From the NCBI GenBank assembly GCA_963713145.1, contig CAVQKI010000002.1:119278-183277 (forward strand): DNA of 64,000 nucleotides. Reading direction: 5' to 3'. Below are positions 40,276 to 49,278 of this stretch, piece after piece. How positions within the stretch are numbered: the stretch's first letter is position 1; each line of letters starts with the position of its first letter. The position numbers were made by a program, and so were the translations under genes. The stretch is from an uncultured Thermoplasmata archaeon. GTDB lineage: Archaea; Thermoplasmatota; Thermoplasmata; Lutacidiplasmatales; UBA184. The notes under the pieces were generated by a model, which saw only the letters and a program-made list of their open reading frames with translations, made no database searches and was not told the origin of the DNA.

Positions 40276-40596
40276 CGATTCCCACTTCCCTCTCCTATAG
40301 CGGGACGAGTTTTACGGTAGTATGGTCTCAGGGGGCTTGAACTCACTTTCCTAGCAATCGACGTTGAGAGTTTCGGTGGCGGGATTGAATCGAGTGACTG
40401 ATGCGCTGGAATCGGGCCATTTCTGTGCATTGGCTCTCGCATACCGACAATTGGACCGTTTGCTGCGTAGGGGTTTGTCTAAGGCCCCCCTCGCCGGTTC
40501 ATCGGCACGCGCGCCAGGGGCAGCGGGAGATCTACCGAACCCCAGAGGGAAGGTTCAACTCTTGCCGACCTGATATCGAGGGCGGCGCGCCGGACG

Positions 40597-40620
40597 TAGG
40601 CTCAATCCATCTTGAGCCTA
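40597..40620. repeat. Intergenic palindromic motif, copy D (taggctcaatccatcttgagccta)
   Basis: A perfect 9-bp stem (taggctcaa/ttgagccta) with a 6-nt loop, between the G1 peptidase and the collagen-like gene. Confidence 0.5.
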
Positions 40621-40713
40621 CCGGCCGAAGATGAGCCGAGGGGACCTCAGGGTCGAGCCAGAGGACCAGACCCGCTAACCTAGGCCATTATCGGCAGGAC
40701 GTGATGCCGGGCC

Positions 40714-41352
40714 ATGGCCCCAGAAGTCGCCCTGAGACGAGTTAAGCGGAACGCGCGTGGCTGGAACCGGTCCGACCGACGGACCAGGGCGGCAATCGGG
40801 TTGGGGCATGTCGCCCTGATCCTCGGCGTCGTCGCGCTGGTCCTCGGCGGCACTGGCCTCGCGATCGCCCTCACGAACGGAGGCCATACCGGCTCTGCCG
40901 GAGCGCCGGGAGCCACCGGCGGCACTGGACCCGCCGGACCCGGAGCGGTGGTCAACCATACATACTTTGACTCAGGGCAGCTCCTGACGGCAGGCTGCGC
41001 ATTCTATTCCGGGGCAAACATCAGCCTGACGGCCGCAGGTCCCGGAACGTTCGTCGTGACGGCTTCCATAGAGCTCTTCATTACCCACACCTACGCGAAT
41101 TACTCCTCATACGCCGTGGGGCTCGCGAACGCTTCAGCGTCGTGCTCCTTCCTCATCGGTAGCTACGCTACTGGCTACATGTCGTCCGTAGCCCCTTCGG
41201 ACGGCTACTACGCTGACTATGCTCTGGGCGAGAACTTTGCGGCCGGAGCGGCCGGCACTTACACGTTCGGGATCATCGGCAGCGTCAGTTCGGGGGTGGA
41301 CCCGATTGAGTTCTACTGGTCCAGCGTCTCGGTGGAGTTCTACCCTGCGTAG
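40714..41352 (+). CDS. Type II membrane protein with a short collagen-like G-X-Y stretch and a ~130-aa C-terminal domain
   Basis: Basic N-terminus, a helix (AAIGLGHVALILGVVALVLGGTGLAIAL), then GHT GSA GAP GAT GGT GPA GPG (7 triplets), then a beta-rich domain ending TYTFGIIGSVSSGVDPIEFYWSSVSVEFYPA. Confidence 0.6.
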   Translation: MAPEVALRRVKRNARGWNRSDRRTRAAIGLGHVALILGVVALVLGGTGLAIALTNGGHTGSAGAPGATGGTGPAGPGAVVNHTYFDSGQLLTAGCAFYSGANISLTAAGPGTFVVTASIELFITHTYANYSSYAVGLANASASCSFLIGSYATGYMSSVAPSDGYYADYALGENFAAGAAGTYTFGIIGSVSSGVDPIEFYWSSVSVEFYPA

Positions 41353-41568
41353 TTGCGAACCCGACCCGGGAGTTCCGTCGGCGGCCCTCGACTCCCACCG
41401 TCGGAACTGTCCCAATCTTCCGCGAGCCGCCGATCCGGAGTTAACCGTCAATGGAGCCGCCTCTAGGCGGCACCCGTCAGTTAGCGGTCCGTGCGTGACA
41501 TTGCTTCATCTCTGATCAACCAGCGCCGATCCGGAGCAGTCCCTTTCCGAATGGAGCCCGGTTTGCGC

Positions 41569-41591
41569 GGGCTCAACTCATGTTGGAACCC
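41569..41591. repeat. Intergenic palindromic motif, copy E (gggctcaactcatgttggaaccc)
   Basis: Near-identical core to copy B. It lies ~220 nt downstream of the stop at 41352. Confidence 0.45.
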
Positions 41592-41912
41592 GAACTCGAG
41601 CCGATCGAGGGTCCAACCCGTGTTGCACGCATCGCAGGACATCCGTCGTGTGAGATCCCTCTTCGCCCTTTCGCGCCGCGCGGTATCGGGCGGACACCCC
41701 AGGGCCCTCGGCCCACTCCGCCTCTTGAAACACGATTCGAGGGGCCGTTCGCAGGTTAGAGGCCATTCCGGCGGCGAGACGCGATCGGATCGTCAACCGG
41801 AGGCAGCGATTTCCAATTTCACGACCAAACATATTTCAAGGGGGTCCCGATGCATCCGGGTGCAGGCTGGAGTCCCCGAGGGAGTTTTCCGACCTGCGCA
41901 GTGAGACGACAG

Positions 41913-44900
41913 ATGACTCGGAAGGGAGTCGCCATAGCGATCGCCGTGATGACCGTGTTGAGCGGATTGACGCTCGTTGCAGTGGCGCCACGGGCGTCCG
42001 CGACCGTGGCGGCCGCCGGACCGTCGGCGGCGGTCCCATTGGGGCCGGATCTGGCCCCCGCGGTTGCCCCGCCAGACATGGGTTGGCAGACCCCGGCTCC
42101 GCTCGAGTCACAAACTACCGCGACCGCAAATCTCGCCGGGGTCGCGCTTTCGTCCGACGGCACCGGCATGATCGTTTGGCAGAAGAGCGGGGCCCGCAAC
42201 ACGCTGATGGCAACGCACTTCATCCCGAACGGAGGGGGGGATGGCGGCACGGATTGGCAGGTGCCCATGCAGGTCTCGAACAGCGTGAACGACATCGGTT
42301 ACACGTACAACGGTGCGGTGGCGATGGACGCGTCTGGCGATGCCATGGCGGTCTATTATTCCTGGAACGACACCCACGGCTACACCGCGTTCGCGGCTCT
42401 CTACAAGGCCGCCGTGGGCTGGCAGGCTCCCGTGGCAATCGACCAACCCTACGATTGGTCGTTCAACCCGGTCGTTTCGATGAACGCTGCTGGCAAGGCG
42501 GTCGCGGTCTGGGAAGTCTGGAACGGGGCGTACTATAGCATCTTCGCGAACCGGTTCATTCCCGGCACGGGTTGGGGCACAGCACAAGCGATCGAGTCGA
42601 CGGCGAATTACTCCGTCTCGCCCACCGTGGCGGTGGACGGAGCCGGGAATGCCATCGCCACCTGGTACGAGGAGGATGGCAGCACCTACCACGTCTACGC
42701 AGCCCAATTCAGCACCACCCTGGGCTGGCTCCCGCCTTTCAGCGTTGAAACGAGTGCCAACTGGGCCATCTACCCGTCCGTCGCGATGGACGCGGGGGGG
42801 AACGGAGTCGTGACCTGGATCGAGTACGACGGGCAGTACCGACGTGTGGGCGAAGCTGTACAACAGCACCTCCGGCTGGGCTCCCGCGACGATGATCGAG
42901 CCGGGCACCTACTATGCGGGGTACTATCCTGGCCCAGCCGCGGCCGAAGCTGGCGGAAACGCAAGCGTCGTCTGGACGATGCAGAATTCCACCGGAGCTT
43001 CGCAAATCTACGTGAACCGCTACGTTGCCGGCACGGGTTGGGTCGGAGCGCTCGACCTCGACATCTTTGGCCTTCCGTCGGAGGACGGTCTCGTGGCGAT
43101 GGACCCGACGGGCAACGTGACGATCACGTTCATCTATCTGCCCTCCACCAGTCCAGCGAACCAAGTAGTCGACGAGGCTGTTCGGTACAACCACGTGTCT
43201 AGCAGCTGGAGCTTCTCTCAACTCGACTACGGCCGGGTCGGGAGCGGTTCGCCGCTCGTGGCGATCGACGGAAAGGGGAACGCCATCGCGGCATGGAACT
43301 ACAACGCCGGAACGACGGTCACTCCCCAGAACGGGATCCTCTCGAACTACTACACCAACGGATCCGGGTGGCGGTACTACTGGCAGGCCCAGCAGGCCGA
43401 GTGGGAGAACGACATCTCTCCCAGTTGGCTCCAGCTCGAAACGAACGCGGCTGGAGACGCGATCTTCTCCTTCACGCAGAACGATGGCCCCATCTACGAC
43501 GGGTACGCCTCCATCTACACGCCGGGTGGCGGCTGGGGACCCGTCACTCGGATCGAGAACTTCAACTCGAGCGGCGTCACCGAAGAGTGGTCCGCGATGG
43601 ACGGGGCGGGCAACGCTCTGGTCCTCTTCCGTGCCTCCGACGGCACGCAGTTCAATGTCTACGCAACGTACTACTCGGTGAGCACCGGGTGGGGAACACC
43701 GCAACGGCTGGACACGGCAGCCGGGAGCAGCAAGGACTGGCTCCGGGTCGCCATGAACGACAAGGGCGAGGGGGTCGCGATCTGGAACGAGTACAACGGC
43801 ACGAACTACAACGACTACGCTGCGTTCTTCAACGGGACCACCCAAACGTGGGGGGCGCCCGCACCCGTCCAGTCAACGTTCATCTACCTCGGAACGGGCA
43901 CCATCGGCATCGACGGCCGGGGCGACGCGATGGCGGTGTACCAGGCCTACAACGGAACCGGCTATAGCAACTATGCGAGCTACTACCAGCCGGGCCTCGG
44001 CTGGGGCTCACCGGTCCAGATCGCTCGGAACCCGATGGGATCGAACCCTACCTACGCGGTCGAAATGAACGATGCGGGCTACGCGGCCGTAAGCTGGACC
44101 GATTGGAACGGAACCGCCTACCTAGCCGTCGTGAACGTATTCTCACCGACGACCGGCTGGGGGACGGACACGGTCTTTAACACCGGAGCGGGCGACGAAG
44201 GACCCGCCACGCCTTCCCTGGACGGCGCCGGCGATGCTCTGCTCGCCTACGACGTCTGGAACGGGACCCAGTTCACCGCCTACGCCGTCCTGAAGCCCGC
44301 CGGTGGGGCCTGGGGCACGCCTGCCCTGCTGAGTTCGGGCTCGGGTGACGCAACCGAACTGGTATCGGCGCTCGACTACCGTGGGGACGGCTTCGTAGCT
44401 TGGACCCAGTTCAACGGGGTCGGGTACAACATCCTGGCCCGGGAGTACGTGAGCGGCCAGGGGTGGTTGCCACAAGCCACGGTCAACCTACCCGTGCCGG
44501 CCACGCCCGCGACGGACACCGGGAGCGCGGTCCTAGGGATGGACGGTCATGGGGACGCGGTCCTCGGCTGGAACGAGTGGGAGAACGGAGCGCTGCTGCC
44601 GTTCGCCGCGACCTACATCGCTGGCAACGGCCTGCCGACGCTGGCGCTCTCTTCCCCGATCGACGGGACTCTCACGAACGACTCCTCGGGGATCGTCTCG
44701 GGCTCCACCGACCCTGGCGCGACCGTGACGATCGACGGATCGCCCGTCGCCGTCGCCGTGAACGGCTCGTTCAGCGAGTCGGTACTCCCTGCCGGACGGT
44801 TCGCACACCTTCGTGGTCGTCGCGAAGAACGCGGCCGGGCTCACGACCCAACAGACGAGCACGGTTACCGTCATTACGACAGGCCCGTCGCTTACCCTCT

Positions 44901-46801
44901 CCACTCCCACGACGGGGAGCCTGACGAGGGACCCCGTCGCCCAGGTCAACGGCACGACCAAAGTCGGCGCGACGGTCTCTGTGAACGGGGTCCAGGCCCT
45001 CGTATCGGGCACGGGCACTTTCAGCGTCGCGTTGCCGCTCCAGGAAGGGCTGAACACCATCACCGCGATCGCAAAGGACGGCGCGGGGAACACCGCGACG
45101 GACTCGGTCACGGTCACCCTCGATACTATCCCACCCAGCCTGACCGTCACCTCTCCAACGGCGGGGCTGACTAACCACACCGCAGTCGTCGTTTCCGGTT
45201 CGACGGATCCCGGGGTGACGTTGACGGTCGATGGAACCCCCGTGACCGTTGGGATCTCCGGTGCATTCACCACGACTCTGACGCTGCCGAACGGTCCGCA
45301 TACGATCGTCGTGAACGCGACGGACGCGGCGGGGAACCTGGCATCGGATTCGGTCCTCGTCACGGTGGACACCACACCGCCCAGCCTGGCGATCGCGAGC
45401 CCCGTTACCGGTAGCCTCACGAACAACCCGGTCGCCGAGGTCAGCGGAACCACCGACCCCGGGGCCAGCGTGGCCGTCAACGGGGTCCAGGCCGCCGTCT
45501 CGCCCTCGGGCAACTTCAGCGTCCCCCTACCGCTCCAGGAAGGCTCCAACACGATCACCGCGATCGCAACGAATGCCGCGGGGAACACGGCGACGACATC
45601 GGTGACCATCACCCTCGATACCGCTCCCCCCGCCCTGACCCTCACGTCTCCGACCGCGGGGCTCACGAACCACACGGCGGTCGTCGTTTCGGGGACGACC
45701 CAGCCAGGCGCCGCGGTGACGGTAGACGGCACCCCGGTGACCGTGGGAATCTCCGGGGCGTTCACGACCACCCTGACACTCGCCAACGGCGCGCACACCA
45801 TCGTGGTGATCGCGACGGACGCTGTAGGCAATCAGGCGACCGTTTCGGTGATCGTCACGGTGGACACGACCCCTCCGAGCCTGGCGATCTCGAGCCCTGT
45901 TACCGGTAGCCTCACCAGGGACCCTGTCGCCCAGATCAACGGGACCACCGACCCCGGCGCGACCGTCTCCGTGAACGGCGTGCAGGCGGCGGTCTCCGGC
46001 ACGGGCGCGTTCAGCGTTTCGCTGCCGCTCGAGGAAGGCGCGAACACGATCACCGCGACCGCGACCAACGCCGCTGGGAACACCGCTACGACCTCGGTGA
46101 CGGTCAGCCTCGATACCGTGCCCCCGGCCTTGACCTTGACCTCCCCGACGACGAGCCTTACGAACCATTCGGCGGTCGTCGTTTCGGGGACCACGGAACC
46201 CGGCGCCACGGTCACGGTCAACGGGACCGCGGTGAGCGTGGGGGTTTCCGGTGCGTTCACCACGACACTGACACTGGCGAACGGCCCACACACGATCGTC
46301 GTGAACGCGACGGATGCGCTCGGCAATCGGGCCACCCTCTCCCTGCTGGTAACGGTCGATACTACCCCACCGGCCCTCGCGATAACGTCGCCCACGACCG
46401 GGGCCAGCGTCTCAACGTCCACCGTCCTCGTGACGGGCACGGCGGAGGCCGGTTCGACGGTGGTGGTCGATGGCTACGCGGTGGCGTTGAGCAGTGGCGG
46501 GACGTACTCGATCGAGCTGCCTCTCGCCCCGGGCTCCAACACGATCACCGTGACGGCGACCGACGCCGCGGGCAACGCGGCGACTCGGTCCGTCGTCGTG
46601 TCGTACGACGTTCCGGCGCCGGCCGCCCAATCGTCCTCCAGCTCGCTGAGCACCCTGGACTACGTGCTGATCGGTGTAGCGGCAGCCGCGCTCGCTATCA
46701 GCCTCGTTCAGGCTGCCCGCGGCCGCAAGCCGAAGGCGGGGCCCACCGAGGAGTGGAAGGAACAGCCTCCCGCACACCCTCCGGAGCAGCCTCAACCCTA
46801 G
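41913..46801 (+). pseudogene. Giant (~1,630 aa) surface protein: 16 Trp-rich repeats plus 8 Ig-like modules plus a C-terminal anchor; two frame changes
   Basis: ORFs 41850..43202, 42844..45174 and 44813..46801 continue each other's repeat patterns. The first junction is VTWIEYDGQY / VWAKLYNSTSGW at ~42840. The second is NGSFSESV / SLPDGSHTFVVVAKNAAG at ~44785. ATG 41913 gives the signal/anchor MTRKGVAIAIAVMTVLSGLTLVAVAPRASA. Confidence 0.7.
44632..46609 (+). repeat. Coding tandem array of eight ~82-aa Ig-like modules (order A0-B1-A1-B2-A2-B3-A3-C)
   Basis: Type A: DTxPPxLTxTSPTAGLTNHTAVVVSGxTxPGxxVTVDGTPVTVGISGAFTTTLTLxNGxHTIVVxATDAxGN. Type B: DTTPPSLAIxSPVTGSLTxxPVAxxxGTTDPGAxVxVNGVQAAVSxxGxFSVxLPLxEGxNTITAxATNAAGNTAT. 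Module starts, calculated from the translation: 44632, 44876, 45122, 45368, 45617, 45863, 46112, 46358. Confidence 0.8.
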
Positions 46802-46929
46802 GTGCCCCGTCCATCCGCCTCGCCCGGACCCCCGGGGCGGCCCGAAGAACCGGGCGAGGCAACCCACGCCGGCCCAGCCGGCATTGCGGCGAGAGCAGAG
46901 GGAATGGGCCGTCCCCCCGGGCGTGGCGC

Positions 46930-46950
46930 GGGTTCGATCAATATTGAGCC
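46930..46950. repeat. Intergenic palindromic motif, copy F (gggttcgatcaatattgagcc)
   Basis: TCAATATTGA palindrome, ~130 nt downstream of the giant gene stop. Confidence 0.4.
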
Positions 46951-46985
46951 ACTCCCCGAAGTCGCACCGACTTCAGAAGGGACAA

Positions 46986-47013
46986 GCGATTCGACGTGGG
47001 TACGTCGAATCGC
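46986..47013. terminator. Perfect 11-bp hairpin between convergent genes
   Basis: gcgattcgacg (46986-46996), loop tgggta, cgtcgaatcgc (47003-47013). It lies between the giant gene (+) and the DUF3494 gene (-). A termination role is only a guess, and there is no T-tract. Confidence 0.25.
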
Positions 47014-47128
47014 CCCGGGGGCCCCCGGGATGACGTGGAGTAGCTTCGAGTCGCCCGAGGCTTGATGCCTCGGGCCCCTCGACCGACCCTCAACCCGAAG
47101 AGCCCGATGGTGACGTGTTCCGGATGCG

Positions 47129-48027
47129 TTACACGGGCGACTTCGACCGGCCCTTCAACGCTACCGCGGCCAACGCCGCAACACCGGCGGCCACAACAGC
47201 TCCCACGACGACCCAGTCGAGGGGAGAGAGAGGCGTTCCGCCGGAGGTGGCCGAGCCCGAAGCGACGATCGTGTCGTCAACGAGGGTGACATCGCCGGTC
47301 CGCGCGGGCGCTTGCCCGTTCAGGTGAGCGCCGGTGTCCAACGTCACGGATGCATACGCCATGATCGTGCGACCATGGTTGCGGTCGTGCCGATGGTCGC
47401 CGAGCTCCCGACCTGCCAGTAGACGTTGGACGCCTGGGCGCCGCCCGAGAGGACAACACCAGCATCCGACGTGACGGTCAGTCCCGACGCGACCTGGAAG
47501 ATGAAGACCCCTGGCCCGGTGAGCGTGACGGTGCCCGACGAGATCTCCAACGTGGAGGTGGACTTGTACAGTCCCGCGGTCAAGGTCATGCCCTGGAGGT
47601 TCCCGGCTACGGAGATGGGGCAGTTGGAGCGCCCCGCGGCATCGTTGTAGGCCGTGGTCAGGGCTGCCTCGGCGCCCGTGTGCACGATGCCCTTGGTCCC
47701 TGTCTACTTCCCGGGAGGGAAGCCGACTATGGCCGATCCGGGCCCGACTCCGATGTTCCCCGTAATGACGGGTCCGGTGTTGGTAGGGGTCGTGCCCGAT
47801 AGGATGGCATAGCCCGACGCCTGGCCGAGAGCCACGGATGTCTGACCGCAGGCAACGGCCGGCGCGGCGCTCGTGGGGGCGCTGGTCGCGAGGGTGGACG
47901 TTCCGGCGGAGGCGGAGGCACCGTGCGTTGACTGGGCAACCGCCGAGATCGCCACGAACATGGTCGCAAACGTGACGACCACGGCCACGACGATGCTCGC
48001 TGCTCGCTTTTGCTTGAATGCCATCAT
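47129..48027 (-). pseudogene. DUF3494 (ice-binding-like) surface protein with an in-frame TAG and one frame change
   Basis: ORF 47704..48027 has the signal sequence plus GYAILSGTTPTNTGPVITGNIGVGPGSAIVGFPPGK. ORF 47344..47685 is in the same frame after TAG 47704-47706 (TGTKGIVHTGAEAALTTAYNDAAG ... NVYWQVGSSATIG). The last part (GRTIMAYASVTLDTGAHLNGQA...TGDVTLVDDTIV, TM anchor WVVVGAVVAAGVAALAAVAL) is in the frame of ORF 47129..48103. The junction is at ~47375. Confidence 0.75.
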
Positions 48028-48199
48028 TTTCTATCCGTTCGCCTCTTGATCCGAAACATCGACCCGAACGGGCGTAGATGAACCGTTCCTGAACGCGATT
48101 CAAGTCGAATGGGCTTGAAGGCCCACGGCGTATCGACCGTCGGCCCCGCCCGTTCTTCCGTAGCAGCGGCGCATGGCGCGCCGGAAAAGACCCTATTGC

Positions 48200-49032
48200 C
48201 TATCTATTCAGGAACGCCAGGAGCTCGGCGTTGACCTGGTCCTTGAGGGTCGAGCACATTCCGTGCGGAGCGCCGGCAAGTACTCTTAGGGTCGCTCCCT
48301 TGACGAGCTTGGCGGTGAGGAGGGCCGAAGCTCCTATCGGCACGATCTGGTCGTCGTCGCCGTGGAGCACCAGGGTCGGGACGGTGAACTTCCTGAGGTC
48401 CTCCGTAAAGTCCGTCTCCGAAAACGCCTTGATGCAATCGTAGACGGCCTTGTGACCGGCCATCATCCCCTGCTGCCAGAACGAATCGCGTAGGCCCTGC
48501 GAGACCTTGGCGCCCGCCCGGTTGGCTCCGTAGAACGGAGTGGTGAGGTCCTTGAAGAACTGCGAACGGTCGGCGAGGACCCCCGCGCGGATCTTGTCGA
48601 ACGCATCCATCGGTAGTCCGCCAAGGTTGACCGGGGTCTTCAGCATCAACGGCGTGACCGAACCGATGAGCACGGCCTTCGCGACCCGCTTGGTACCGTG
48701 GCGGCCGATGTAACGGGCCACCTCGCCCCCTCCCGTGGAATGTCCCACGTGCACGGCGCTCTTGAGGTTCAGAGCCTCGGTGAGGGCGGCGAGATCGTCG
48801 GCGTACGTGTCCATGTTGTTCCCGCTCCAAGGCTGGTCCGATCGCCCGTGGCCCCGGCGATCGTGGGCGATGGAACGGAAGCCGTGACTGGCGAGGAAAA
48901 GCATCTGGTCCTCGAACGCGTCGCCGTTGAGGGGCCACCCGTGGCTGAACACGACCGGTTGTCCGGTCCCCCAATCCTTGTAGTAAATCCGCGTGCCGTC
49001 CGCGGTCTTGATCGTCGCCGTACAGGATCCAT
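48200..49032 (-). pseudogene. Alpha/beta hydrolase of the non-haem haloperoxidase/arylesterase type; start-proximal frame change
   Basis: FSHGWPL ... HDRRGHGRS ... [12 protein letters not shown] ... [12 protein letters not shown] ... GAPHGM. My hand translation extends the frame upstream to [24 protein letters not shown] without an in-frame start. ATG 49032 (MDPV) is one nt out of frame. Confidence 0.75.
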
Positions 49033-49278
49033 CCTGAGGGACCGTGACCGATCCCCGGGCTCACGCAGAGACGGCGGCTCAGTTAACCACATCGGGACGG
49101 AGCCCGGTCCCGCCGCGCATCCGGATTGGTCAGTTCAATGCCAGTTGAACCCAGTTGGGCTTGTGACGCCGGTGAGGGAGGCACTTCGAGTTCCGACTGA
49201 GTGCCCCAAGGAGCCCGCGTGCGGGTTGCCGCCCGTCTAGGCCAAGACTCTTCGACGCTTCCGATTCGGGAGGCCCCG

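Noticed and set aside
44632-46609. Regular ~246/495-nt tandem repeats that might be mistaken for a repeat array or CRISPR-like locus.
   Set aside because: The units are contiguous without spacers, are far longer than CRISPR repeats, and translate into Ig-like protein modules in a single frame.
47704-47706. The in-frame TAG as a pyrrolysine or readthrough codon.
   Set aside because: TAG is the terminator of at least six well-supported genes in this window, and no Pyl-related genes are visible here. A nonsense mutation is more parsimonious.
47129-48103. A 324-aa ORF as a single gene.
   Set aside because: Only its last ~70 residues match the DUF3494 C-terminus and anchor. The upstream part is Arg/His/Gly-rich shadow of the true frames.
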